This document shows, piece after piece, positions 27,876-37,385 of a DNA stretch of 64,000 bases. The notes beneath the pieces are model-generated. The model ran no database searches, was not told where the DNA came from, and saw nothing but the letters and a program-made list of their open reading frames with translations. The first letter of the stretch is position 1. The number at the start of each line of letters is the position of its first letter. Made by a program: the position numbers and the translations under genes. The DNA is from Bacteriovoracia bacterium. Its GTDB lineage: Bacteria; Bdellovibrionota; Bacteriovoracia; Bacteriovoracales; Bacteriovoracaceae. The stretch covers positions 32,001 through 96,000 of the forward strand of contig JBKHVI010000001.1 of NCBI GenBank assembly GCA_046570105.1, given 5' to 3'.

Positions 27876-29186
27876 CTAGGCGACTTCCTTCTCACGCATG
27901 AGTTCCCAAAGATCGTGGCGGCGTTGTTGCTCTTCACGACGTTGGTTCTGTTCACTGCCGAACTGACGATCATGGCCTGGAGAACCTTGTTGATTCGATT
28001 GGCCCATATCTTTTTGTGAGTTCGAGCTCTGCTCCATCTTCAAATCAGTGACCGATACACCGGCCTGAGAAAGATGAGTCATAAGTTGTTCACGGTGTTG
28101 ACCTAAGAACATCTTGGCACCTTGATCTTGAGCAGCGATAGCAATGTTAACTGCATCGTTCACACCACGATTAACCGTGATATCCAAAAGACCTAAGTCT
28201 TGGTGCATAACTTTCATGTTCACTGTCGGCTCTTTAGCGGCTTTGGCTTGTACGATATAGTCAGTGACTTGAGTCAAAACAGTTTCAGCATCTAAGTTTT
28301 GTGACTTCGAAAGATTCTGCAAATCAAATACTTTCTGAGGAGCTTCATTTTCGGCTGCCATTAATGTCGCTGGTGCAGCTACTGCAAAAACAGTTTCAGC
28401 ATTCGTCATTTGTGGAGCCGTCATAAGTGGTGAAGTCTCAAGCGCTTTCAAAGACTCGTTATTCAATTGAGTCTTCACTGGCTCATTCAAAGTCGATTTC
28501 ATCGGCATGCCATAAGCATTAGGATTAATCGTTTTACCAGTCACCGCATTTTTCTGAGCTACGAAGTCTTCAAAGCCCATCAGTTGTGGATCAACTTCTG
28601 CTTTAGCAAAATCAATCGCCGGAGCACGCCCTGGCGTTTTAGCACTTTGCTGCATCAAAAGATCTTTCAATTGAAGCAACTCACCTTCCGCTGGCATCGC
28701 CTGAACTTGTTCTGCACCTTGCGGAAGAACAACTTCATTCACTTGCTTGATCAGCGTAGGGTCAATTAGCTTTGGAGTTGGCTCAGTTGAAAGTGGAAGA
28801 CTTTGTGGTGAGCGCTCCATGGCCCAATTCACTTCTTCCATTGTAACAGGAGCCGCTTGCATATTACCCTGTGGCTTCACTGCATGAACCAATGACTCGG
28901 AAGTAGGCATTGCTTCACCAAGAAGCTGAGTACTCAATTCGGGATTTAAAATGGCTTCACCATCGACCACAGGCATTGCTTCGCCAGTGACAACAGCTTC
29001 TTTGCCAGTCAGTGCATCAAGAGTATTCGCACGGCCTTCTCCAACCTGCTCCATGAGCATAGAAGCAAAGTCACCTGGCATGACTGGAGCTTCACCTACG
29101 AGCTTGTTGGCACCTTGAGGCGCGGTTTTACCTGCGCTCTTCGCTGCTACAATCTGTTGGTCTAGGTTTTGGATAGGCGTCATCAC
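27876..29186 (-). CDS. fliK: Flagellar hook-length control protein
   Basis: Low-complexity N-terminus, C-terminal Flg_hook-like domain (DLGLLDITV...LSQAG); upstream of flgD. Confidence 0.8.
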   Translation of the reverse strand: MMTPIQNLDQQIVAAKSAGKTAPQGANKLVGEAPVMPGDFASMLMEQVGEGRANTLDALTGKEAVVTGEAMPVVDGEAILNPELSTQLLGEAMPTSESLVHAVKPQGNMQAAPVTMEEVNWAMERSPQSLPLSTEPTPKLIDPTLIKQVNEVVLPQGAEQVQAMPAEGELLQLKDLLMQQSAKTPGRAPAIDFAKAEVDPQLMGFEDFVAQKNAVTGKTINPNAYGMPMKSTLNEPVKTQLNNESLKALETSPLMTAPQMTNAETVFAVAAPATLMAAENEAPQKVFDLQNLSKSQNLDAETVLTQVTDYIVQAKAAKEPTVNMKVMHQDLGLLDITVNRGVNDAVNIAIAAQDQGAKMFLGQHREQLMTHLSQAGVSVTDLKMEQSSNSQKDMGQSNQQGSPGHDRQFGSEQNQRREEQQRRHDLWELMREKEVA

Positions 29187-29205
29187 TCTGCGTTACCTCG
29201 TTGGG

Positions 29206-29754
29206 CTATCTTTTCATATTCATGTACTGTTTTTGAAGCCGGGCAGAAACTTCCTTGTCCATGAGATTAAAAATCTTAGACGCCTTCTTAGGATCAAGGA
29301 GTTGCAAAATCTGAACTGCAATGTCGGCTTCTTGCACAGATAAGAGCAAGGCAGCTTTTGCCGGTTGCATATTAGAGACGACTTCAACCTGTTGACTCAC
29401 ACGATTTTTGGCGTCTTCTTCATTTTTTTGCAAACAACCCAACACCGCATTTTGTTCGGCATTAAAATCTTTGATCTTCTTTTCTAAATCTTGCGAACTC
29501 ACTTTCAATTGGTCTTGACGCTTTTCTAGGTCAAGCTCTCTCAATCGAAGTGTCTCTTCTTTGGTAACAAGTTCTTTGGTGAGTTCACTGACACTTTTAT
29601 TTTTTACGTTATCAACTTGGCGACGAACTTCTTCAGCCACTTTTTTGGTGAATTCTTCTTCACTATAGGTCTTGCTTGCTTTGGCAGGCTTTGCGTTTTG
29701 GGCATAAGAGGTATTAATAAATAAGGTCACTAGGACAAGAATGAAGTACTTCAT
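29206..29754 (-). CDS. MotE/FlbB-like flagellar protein (coiled coil + MgtE-N-like)
   Basis: NMQPAKAA...KKASKIFNLMDKE; position after fliJ. Confidence 0.7.
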   Translation of the reverse strand: MKYFILVLVTLFINTSYAQNAKPAKASKTYSEEEFTKKVAEEVRRQVDNVKNKSVSELTKELVTKEETLRLRELDLEKRQDQLKVSSQDLEKKIKDFNAEQNAVLGCLQKNEEDAKNRVSQQVEVVSNMQPAKAALLLSVQEADIAVQILQLLDPKKASKIFNLMDKEVSARLQKQYMNMKR

Positions 29755-30212
29755 CTTTCCTCCTGATTGCTTTTGAGGTTTTCACCCCATAATTGAACCA
29801 TCTCTTCAACTTTCATATTTTCTTCTTTATTAAAGGCTTTTTTCCAAGCCTGTAGATCTTTTTCTTTCAGATTTTCCATTAACTTTAAATCAGCACGTTT
29901 TTGAGTAAGTTCGACTTTTTTATCTGCTATCTTGGCATCTAAAAGCTCTATCTCTTTTTTAATCTCTTTAATTTTACTCTCTTTCCCGCTTACGGCCTGA
30001 GGAAAGAAAGCCGCATGAGATGCTTTCATGCCTTTCGACATGTGTGTTTCTTGTTCTGTGTAAGCCGATTGAATATCATGAAGAAGGGTTTCAATAAATT
30101 CGACTAAGTTTTGTCGCTCTACCATCAAGAGACCTAGTTCACTTCGACAGGTCTCTTCCAACATTGATCGCATCTTGCGGACTGCTTCGAGGCGGAATTG
30201 ATAGCGTTTCAT
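29751..30212 (-). CDS. fliJ: Flagellar export protein FliJ
   Basis: YQFRLEAVRKMR N-terminus, coiled coil, follows fliI. Confidence 0.85.
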   Translation of the reverse strand: MKRYQFRLEAVRKMRSMLEETCRSELGLLMVERQNLVEFIETLLHDIQSAYTEQETHMSKGMKASHAAFFPQAVSGKESKIKEIKKEIELLDAKIADKKVELTQKRADLKLMENLKEKDLQAWKKAFNKEENMKVEEMVQLWGENLKSNQEER

Positions 30213-30215
30213 CTA

Positions 30216-31574
30216 TCACCCCTGAGGATAGCTTGGATCAACAGCACGCTCAGCTTTGCGGGCAATCTCAAGCATAAGATCAAACAACTCATTAATCGTG
30301 AGTTTCTCTGTCACGTCTTGGCGCAAGAGCGCATTAAGATCGTCAATAACAGCAATGGCTTTATCTACTTTAGTGTTACTGCCGCGGGCATAGGCACCGA
30401 CGGTAATAAGATCTTCACTTTGTTTATAGGCGGCCATCAAATCACGCAAGTGGCTGGCGACGATTTTGTGTTCGCGAGTAGAAACTTTGGGCATAACCCG
30501 TGACACACTCTGAAGAACATCAATAGCAGGATAATGATTTCGAGCGGCCAGCTCACGCGAAAGAACAATGTGACCATCTGAAATTGATCGAACTGCATCA
30601 GCGATTGGCTCATCCATATCGCCACCCTCTACAAGGACAGTGTAAATTCCTGTGATCGTCCCAGCGCCAGCTTTCGTTCCTGCTCGCTCCATTAATTTGG
30701 GAAGTTTGGCAAATACTGAAGGTGAATAACCTTTGGGGCCTGGTGCTTCACCACTTGATAAAGAAATTTCTCGGCTTGCCATAGCAAAACGGGTGATCGA
30801 ATCCATCATCAACAAAACGTCTTTGGATTGATCACGGAAATATTCTGCAATCGTAGTAGCGGCATACGCCGCCTTCATACGAATAAGAGCTGAGGTATCT
30901 GATGTCGCCACGATCACAACCGAACGTGCCAAGCCTTCTTCACCCAAATCACTTTGGATAAACTCGAGAACTTCTCGGCCACGTTCTCCGATCATAGCAA
31001 TGACGTTAATATCCGCAGAAGTATTGCGCGCTACCATTCCCATCAAAACTGATTTACCCACACCCGAACCGGCCATAATAGCTAAACGCTGACCTTTGCC
31101 GGCAGTGATAAATGAATTAATTGATTTAATGCCCACATCAAGTGGCTCACGAATCGGCGGACGATCTAGCGGGTTCATGGGCTGACCATAAATCGAGCGC
31201 GTCTCAAAAGTCCCTTCAAGAGGTCCCTTGCCATCCATCGGACGGCCTTGGAAATCCAAAACGCGGCCAAGCATAGCCGTGCTGACTTTAAGTTCAGTCA
31301 CAATATCTTTGAGATAAATTTTTGTTTCAGAATTGATGCCTGAGAGTTCATGATACGGCATCACCATACATTTACCGTTTTGCAAGGCGACCACTTCACC
31401 AAGAGAGCGATCACCTTGTTCTGTTTCAAACTCAACGTGTGAGCCAAGCACGGCCCTTGGTATGCTCGCCTCATAAACCATTCCGCGCGTTGAAACGATC
31501 TTACCTATGCGCTGCCAAGGCACGCGGTTTTCTGTCCACTTGGAAATATCTCGCAAGTGAAGCGAATCAGACAT
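30216..31574 (-). CDS. fliI: Flagellar export ATPase
   Basis: AGSGVGKS, IGERGRE, MDSITRFA, DGHIVLSR. Confidence 0.96.
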   Translation of the reverse strand: MSDSLHLRDISKWTENRVPWQRIGKIVSTRGMVYEASIPRAVLGSHVEFETEQGDRSLGEVVALQNGKCMVMPYHELSGINSETKIYLKDIVTELKVSTAMLGRVLDFQGRPMDGKGPLEGTFETRSIYGQPMNPLDRPPIREPLDVGIKSINSFITAGKGQRLAIMAGSGVGKSVLMGMVARNTSADINVIAMIGERGREVLEFIQSDLGEEGLARSVVIVATSDTSALIRMKAAYAATTIAEYFRDQSKDVLLMMDSITRFAMASREISLSSGEAPGPKGYSPSVFAKLPKLMERAGTKAGAGTITGIYTVLVEGGDMDEPIADAVRSISDGHIVLSRELAARNHYPAIDVLQSVSRVMPKVSTREHKIVASHLRDLMAAYKQSEDLITVGAYARGSNTKVDKAIAVIDDLNALLRQDVTEKLTINELFDLMLEIARKAERAVDPSYPQG

Positions 31575-32370
31575 GATTCACCACGGTTTCATACATTTTA
31601 TCAATCGTTTGAAAGAGAGCTTCAGGTGTTGAGTCAAGAATGCCGTTTTCTGTTTCTAGAATGACTCCACGGCCTTTCATATCGACGTCTGGCTCGATAC
31701 GAAGATTAGTCAGCGAACCTAGACGTTTTTCTAGATCTGCAATGATCTGGGGCATATGGGCGAAATCATCAGGGTGAACGCGCAAAGTAATATTTTGACG
31801 CTGATTCATTTCAAGAATCATTTTCTCGATGAGCTTTGGTAAATAAGCCTCATCTTTAACTTCTTTTAATACCAACCACTTCACTAAGCGCTTACTCATC
31901 TCGTAAATATCACTCTTATGAGCTTCTAAGCGTGACTCACACTGCTGGCGAAGATCGACGAGCATGTTTTCCACTTCGTCGATTTGTTTCGCATGCTTCT
32001 CCATCGCTTCACGCATGGCCGCATCGGCACCTTCCATGCGTCCTTTCTCAAGACCTTCACGATAAGCTTGATCGCGCATTTCACGAATACGTTGCTCGAC
32101 TTCACGATTAATACGTGTCTCAAGATCATCTTTCTCTTGCGAACTCAAACCGCGCATATCTCGCACAATGGCATCAATCTTAAACTGTGTCTTAGCTTCG
32201 GCTTCGCGTTCTGAGCGGATAATCTTTGACGAAGGTTTCTTATCTTGTGAAGCCACCCCCGTAAGATCACGAAACTCAAAATTCTTAAATCCACCGACTG
32301 ATTCACCGCCTTCTTCAAAAGCAGTGAAACTAAAAGGCTTAACATCCTGTGTCCCCGATCGCTTTTCCAT
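31567..32370 (-). CDS. fliH: Flagellar assembly protein FliH
   Basis: GxxxG repeats, LRVHPDD, GVILETENG; between fliG and fliI. Confidence 0.9.
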   Translation of the reverse strand: MEKRSGTQDVKPFSFTAFEEGGESVGGFKNFEFRDLTGVASQDKKPSSKIIRSEREAEAKTQFKIDAIVRDMRGLSSQEKDDLETRINREVEQRIREMRDQAYREGLEKGRMEGADAAMREAMEKHAKQIDEVENMLVDLRQQCESRLEAHKSDIYEMSKRLVKWLVLKEVKDEAYLPKLIEKMILEMNQRQNITLRVHPDDFAHMPQIIADLEKRLGSLTNLRIEPDVDMKGRGVILETENGILDSTPEALFQTIDKMYETVVNHV

Positions 32371-32382
32371 TTTCTCCCCTTA

Positions 32383-33423
32383 TCAGACGAAGGAATCGCC
32401 TTCACCGCCACGAGCGATGATAGCTTTGCCTTTGGCCTCAAGGTCTTTAACCTGTTGTACGATCTCTTGTTGTGCTTTCTCCACATCAGACACTTTCGTT
32501 GGCCCCAAGCTCTCCAAATCTTCTTTGAGAAGAGTCGCTGCACGGTTAGACATGTTCTTAAAGAGTTTAGTTTTAACTTCTTCCGGAGCCGTCTTAAGCG
32601 CCACAGTAAGCTTCTGGTTGTCCACTGACTTGAGAAGCTCTTGGATACCTTTGTCGTCGACGTAGATAAGATCTTCGAAGACGAACATGAGTTTTCTAAT
32701 CTCTTCCGCCAACTCTGGATCTTTTTCTTCCACACGCGCCATGATGCTCTTCTCAGTGTTTTTATCCATGAGGTTAAGCATGTCTGCGATAGGTTCAACA
32801 CCACCCAATTGTTGTGTATCGATTGACCCAAGTGTAGAAAGTTCAGTTTTAAGAACATCGTCCAACTGGGCAATAAGCTCAGGTGAAACGAAGTCAAGAT
32901 TGGCCACACGAAGCACGACTTCAGCTTGCAAACCTTCTGGAAGCTTACGAAGTACATCCACTTTCTTCTCAACCGGCAAGTGGGCGACAATGAGAGCAAT
33001 CGTTTGTGGGTGTTCGTTGATAAGGAAGTTCGCAAGTGTACGCGTATCAACCAATTCCAGAGATTCTAGGGTATTGGTATTTCCTACGTCGACGACTTGA
33101 CCCAAGAGTTGCTTGGCGCGATCTTCACCCAAAGTAGAAAGAATAAAGTCGCGACCTTTGTTTTCAGCAAACAAGAGTTCTGCGTCTTCATTAATGGAGC
33201 TATAAAACTCTTCAAGAACTCGCTTCACCATCCAAATCGGTGATTTCGAGATCGTCGACATACTATTAATCATACGTTTAACGTCGTTGTCCTTCATATG
33301 TTTGAAGATCAACTTCGTTGCACTGGGGCCCAGCGCAGAAAGTAGAATAGCGGCTTTTTCTTGGCCGCTTAGGAGTTGATACTCAACATCAGGATCTAGG
33401 TTCGGTTGTTCTTCCGTAGCCAT
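32383..33423 (-). CDS. fliG: Flagellar motor switch protein FliG
   Basis: EHPQTIAL, MFVFEDL, NMSNRA. Confidence 0.97.
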   Translation of the reverse strand: MATEEQPNLDPDVEYQLLSGQEKAAILLSALGPSATKLIFKHMKDNDVKRMINSMSTISKSPIWMVKRVLEEFYSSINEDAELLFAENKGRDFILSTLGEDRAKQLLGQVVDVGNTNTLESLELVDTRTLANFLINEHPQTIALIVAHLPVEKKVDVLRKLPEGLQAEVVLRVANLDFVSPELIAQLDDVLKTELSTLGSIDTQQLGGVEPIADMLNLMDKNTEKSIMARVEEKDPELAEEIRKLMFVFEDLIYVDDKGIQELLKSVDNQKLTVALKTAPEEVKTKLFKNMSNRAATLLKEDLESLGPTKVSDVEKAQQEIVQQVKDLEAKGKAIIARGGEGDSFV

Positions 33424-33439
33424 TTCTCTCCCCTACCTG

Positions 33440-35128
33440 CTAAGCGATCTCTTTCTGTCCTTCAGCTGAGTGGATCATGTCATGAACCACCTGAGCTGCC
33501 TTGGACGGATTTTGTTCGACTAGCGCAATAATTTTTTCTCGAAGCATATTACCTTCGATTTTTTCTGGATTCAGTTTGTCTTCAATTGAAGGAAGTACAT
33601 CCTCAAGGCCTGGCAACTTCTGGTTAGCTTGGATTTTTTCAAGCTCTTCCAAAGTACGAGGGAGAAAGTCTTCGATCGATTCAACAGTGTTCTCAGTAAG
33701 CCATTGGATAAATGGACGAACCACCATGAAGAAGAACAAGGTAATCAACGCCCCAATCATGAGGTATTTCGTTACGTTCTTTAAGATCTCGCGGTTTTCA
33801 CGAGCACGCATGATCGCTTCAATTTCCGCCAAGTCTTCTGTCGCGAACTCCATATTCTTAATAACAAGCTTATCACCGCGGGCCGCATTGACTCCGATGG
33901 CACTTGAAACAATCTGTTGGAAGTTCGCAAGCTCTGCTTCAGACCATGCCTGATACTTCGTTACTGCCAGACCCTCGTCGTTAAGCACAGTCTGCCCTTC
34001 TTTGTCTTTTACAGGCACGCGCTTGCCGTCCAACATAACCGCGACACTAATCTGTTGCACGTCGGCTGTAGGCTTTTTGCTGCGAACAACTGTCGTTGGG
34101 ACGTTGTAGTTACGAGTCACAAGACTCTTATCTACATCGTTACGTGTCTCAGGAATTCCTGGCTGAGGTTGTTCACCGGGAAGATTTGAGCGAGCTCCCG
34201 GGATCCCTTGTGGAGATGGGCGCACACCCTGCATCTTTTGTTCGTTCTTCACTTCAGAAACGACAGCAGAGTTTTCTTGGTCGTATTGAGTCTGAGTTGA
34301 AGTTGATTCAGTAAAATCCATTTTCACGGTAACTTTAGCGATAACTTTTCCACTACCGACGACGCGAGCAAGAATGTCTTCAATACGCTTTTCGTACTGA
34401 TCATTCATCTTCGTTTCAAGAGCAATTCTATTTGCAGTCTGCGTGCTCATACTATCGCCATCGTTTTCCGATAGCTTTTTACCGCGACTATCAATCACCA
34501 CTACATGATGACCTCGCATGCCATCTACTGAAGAAGCGACCAAGCTCTGGAGACCCTTGATCTCATCAGATGTCATTGTTACGCCACGCTCAACATCAAG
34601 AACTATTGAAGCTGATGGTGGTTTTCTTTCTGTTACAAATGGGCTTGAGTCAGGAATTGATAAGTGAACACGAGCGCGTGCGACACCACGAAGATGCATA
34701 ATGGTCTTAACCAATTCACCTTCGAGGGCACGTTGTTTATTAATTTTTTGAACAAATGAAGTGGTACCAAAGCTTTGCTTGTCAAAGATTTCATAACCAA
34801 CAGTATTTGAGAAATCGACGCCTTTTTTAGCGATCTCTAAACGCCAGATTTCAACTTGCTCTTCTGGAACAAGAATCGTTTTACCTTCATCTTTGATTTG
34901 ATAATCAATCTTGCCTTCTTCAAGGAGTCTGGCGATAGTCGCCGAGTCTTCCTTAGCAAGCTCGGTATAGAGAACTTTATATTGCCCTTTCCCTGCCCAC
35001 ATCAACACACCTGCGAACATGGCGATGATGAGACCGGTTACCGCGATGACACCGATCTTTCGACCAGTCTCAAGCGCGCGGAAGAACTCTAAAAAGTTGG
35101 TCAGCGTATTTTGTAAGAAACCGTTCAA
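33440..35128 (-). CDS. fliF: Flagellar MS-ring protein
   Basis: GYEIFDK..FGTTSF..RALEGEL..ARVHL; two TM segments. Confidence 0.97.
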   Translation of the reverse strand: MNGFLQNTLTNFLEFFRALETGRKIGVIAVTGLIIAMFAGVLMWAGKGQYKVLYTELAKEDSATIARLLEEGKIDYQIKDEGKTILVPEEQVEIWRLEIAKKGVDFSNTVGYEIFDKQSFGTTSFVQKINKQRALEGELVKTIMHLRGVARARVHLSIPDSSPFVTERKPPSASIVLDVERGVTMTSDEIKGLQSLVASSVDGMRGHHVVVIDSRGKKLSENDGDSMSTQTANRIALETKMNDQYEKRIEDILARVVGSGKVIAKVTVKMDFTESTSTQTQYDQENSAVVSEVKNEQKMQGVRPSPQGIPGARSNLPGEQPQPGIPETRNDVDKSLVTRNYNVPTTVVRSKKPTADVQQISVAVMLDGKRVPVKDKEGQTVLNDEGLAVTKYQAWSEAELANFQQIVSSAIGVNAARGDKLVIKNMEFATEDLAEIEAIMRARENREILKNVTKYLMIGALITLFFFMVVRPFIQWLTENTVESIEDFLPRTLEELEKIQANQKLPGLEDVLPSIEDKLNPEKIEGNMLREKIIALVEQNPSKAAQVVHDMIHSAEGQKEIA

Positions 35129-35130
35129 TG

Positions 35131-35173
35131 GACCCTCCTGGTCTCATTTGTTATCATCAAGGCCATCCTGGCC
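35131..35173 (-). promoter_or_regulatory. Two GGA-loop hairpins in the fliF leader (putative CsrA/RsmA sites)
   Basis: Minus strand GGCC-AGGAT-GGCC and GACC-AGGAG-GGTC (the second contains the SD). Confidence 0.5.
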
Positions 35174-35175
35174 TA

Positions 35176-35535
35176 TTAGATCTGCATTCTCATTATCTCT
35201 TTGTACGCATCAATCACTTTCGAGCGTACTTGGTTCATCGCTTTGAAAGCGATCTCAGCTTTTTCTACTGCCAAAAGTGTTTCATGAAGATCTCTACTCT
35301 CTCCACTTGCCAACTTTTGCATTGAGACATCTGCATCGTTCTGCAAAGCATTCACTTTGCCGATTGAATCTTGTAAAAAATCACCAAAAGTTTTACCCGT
35401 TTCACCTGTCCTCTCGACTCCAGGAGTCTCGAGGTGGCTCATCTGGTCTGCAAGCTCGTTGCCAACTTTCTTCGCCCAGCCGCGAGCGTCGCCAGTACCT
35501 AAGGTTTGATCAAGCTGCGAGATATTTTTAATCAT
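35176..35535 (-). CDS. fliE: Flagellar hook-basal body protein FliE
   Basis: DLHETLLAVEKA...QVRSKVIDAYKEIMRMQI. Confidence 0.96.
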   Translation of the reverse strand: MIKNISQLDQTLGTGDARGWAKKVGNELADQMSHLETPGVERTGETGKTFGDFLQDSIGKVNALQNDADVSMQKLASGESRDLHETLLAVEKAEIAFKAMNQVRSKVIDAYKEIMRMQI

Positions 35536-35547
35536 GCGCTAGTATCC

Positions 35548-35988
35548 CTAGTTTTTACCAATCTCTAGCGTTTTAAGCGCCATTGATTTGGTGGTGTTAA
35601 CTGCCGAAACGTTCGCTTCATACGCACGTTGCGCTTCAATCATGTCGGCCATCTCTTGCATCACATTGATGTCTGGATAAGCGACATAACCATCTTTATT
35701 TGCATCAGGGTGAGAAGGCTCGTATTTCAAGATAGGTGGCTTGTCGCTGTTCACGACTTCAGTCACGTGAACAGTCTGGGCCTTCTCGTCTAGCTCGCCT
35801 TCAAGAATTTCAGCGAAACTATCACGAGCTGGCTCCGATCCAAAAACCACTTCTTTTTTACGATAAGGGCCACCTTCAGCGGTACGCGTAGTTTGCGCAT
35901 TCGCAATATTAGATGAAACGCTTTCCATACGTTTGCGCTGGGCCGCGAGCCCTGAAGCACTAATTCGTAAGCTGGTTAAAAGATCCAT
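35548..35988 (-). CDS. flgC: Flagellar basal-body rod protein FlgC
   Basis: NIANAQTT...GPYRKK...PSHPDA...RAYEAN. Confidence 0.97.
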   Translation of the reverse strand: MDLLTSLRISASGLAAQRKRMESVSSNIANAQTTRTAEGGPYRKKEVVFGSEPARDSFAEILEGELDEKAQTVHVTEVVNSDKPPILKYEPSHPDANKDGYVAYPDINVMQEMADMIEAQRAYEANVSAVNTTKSMALKTLEIGKN

Positions 35989-35997
35989 GCGTTATCC

Positions 35998-36411
35998 TTA
36001 CTTCTCGCTGTTAAGCGCGTACTTCATTAAGCCCAGCTTCTTATTAATCAGCTGAACTGTGGTGTCGTACATGATCTTGTTTTCCGCCATGCGGGCCATC
36101 TCGGCCTCCACATCGACAGTATTACCATTCTCAGAAACAATTCCATTGGGATCTTCGTAGACTTCCGGCTCAAGATTATTGAAGCCCCCTCCTCCGACAT
36201 TGAAGTGGCGCTCATCCGATGCATTCATCGAAAGATTGCCATCTACATCAGTTGCCCGCGCAAGAGCTTCTTCAAAATCTAGCTTCACCGCTTTGTACCC
36301 AGGGGTCTGGGCATTGGCGACGTTACCAGTCATGAGCTCTTGGCGCATTTCACGAAACTTCAGTGAAGTTGCGAGGGCGCGAAAGGTTTTGTCGTTTACA
36401 TCCATCCTCAA
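35998..36411 (-). CDS. flgB: Flagellar basal-body rod protein FlgB
   Basis: NVANAQTPGYK, NGNTVDVEAE; start may be the ATG at 36405. Confidence 0.95.
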   Translation of the reverse strand: MRMDVNDKTFRALATSLKFREMRQELMTGNVANAQTPGYKAVKLDFEEALARATDVDGNLSMNASDERHFNVGGGGFNNLEPEVYEDPNGIVSENGNTVDVEAEMARMAENKIMYDTTVQLINKKLGLMKYALNSEK

Positions 36412-36417
36412 AATTCC

Positions 36418-37356
36418 TTAGCGAAGATTAACAAAGTACTGTGAGCCCTCAGAGCGGTACTCGTTAATTTTGTTACGCAAAGTACGGATACTTACACCCA
36501 AGATTTTTGCCGCTTGCGTGCGGTTCTCAGAGGTAAATACCAAGGCTTTCTTGATAAGAAGCTTTTCTGCATCTTTCAAAGACATGAGCTTTACGCCGTC
36601 TTCGTCTGTCTCAAGAGTGAAGCCTTCCACACGCTTGCCTTCCGTTTGGAAGCAAGACACATCAAGGATACCTTCTTGTGCTTGTGAAGCAGCTGCGCGA
36701 ATTGATTGGCGAAGCTCAGTGAGATTGCCGTTCCAAGCTTGGTCGTTTAAACGAGCACAAGCATCAGCAGCGATTGAGATAGTTGGAGTTTGTGTTTCTT
36801 CACACCATTCTTGCACGAAAAGGTTGGCCAGTAGTTCCACGTCAGTCCCTCTCTCGCGCAATGGCATCAAGTGGATTTGTGCTCCACCGAAGTAAGTGAG
36901 AAGCGCCCTTGAGAACTTTCCGGCGCCCACCAATTTCGAGAGATTCTTCGTCGTGGTGGCGAGCACGCGGACATCGAGTTCGTAATCAGGCAATTCTTGA
37001 AGGATAGTATACAGTCGTTTCTGGAAATTATCATCCAGTGCATCAATGTGGGCAAAGATGACCGTGCCTCCATTTGCGACTTCAAGGACACCACGTTGAA
37101 AGCGGCCATCGGCTTCTCTAAAGCCAAGGACTCGACGTTCAACTTCAGCAATATCAGCACTGCAATCAACTACTTCAATCACTGCGTTCTTTCGAACAGA
37201 GTGAGTGTGAATGTAGTGTCCTAAAGTGCGTTTACCACAGCCCGCTTCTCCGCTCAGGAGAACCGGAGTCTTTGTGACGGCCACATTACGTGCTGTCTCC
37301 AATGACTTGGTGAATTTAGGGTGGTTACCGACGATGTTCTGCGCTGACTTTAACAT
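36418..37356 (-). CDS. Degenerate sigma54-activator-like AAA+ protein with Fis-type HTH
   Basis: Walker A GEAGCGK, WNGNLTEL, NRTQAAKILGVSIRTLRNK; no GAFTGA and no Walker B DE. Confidence 0.8.
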   Translation of the reverse strand: MLKSAQNIVGNHPKFTKSLETARNVAVTKTPVLLSGEAGCGKRTLGHYIHTHSVRKNAVIEVVDCSADIAEVERRVLGFREADGRFQRGVLEVANGGTVIFAHIDALDDNFQKRLYTILQELPDYELDVRVLATTTKNLSKLVGAGKFSRALLTYFGGAQIHLMPLRERGTDVELLANLFVQEWCEETQTPTISIAADACARLNDQAWNGNLTELRQSIRAAASQAQEGILDVSCFQTEGKRVEGFTLETDEDGVKLMSLKDAEKLLIKKALVFTSENRTQAAKILGVSIRTLRNKINEYRSEGSQYFVNLR

Positions 37357-37385
37357 TAGACCTCCTGTCCGTTGTCAAAGAGTGA

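Noticed and set aside
32145..33050. 301-aa alternative-frame ORF within fliG/fliH
   Set aside because: Same-strand off-frame overlap with well-conserved genes; no recognisable motifs.
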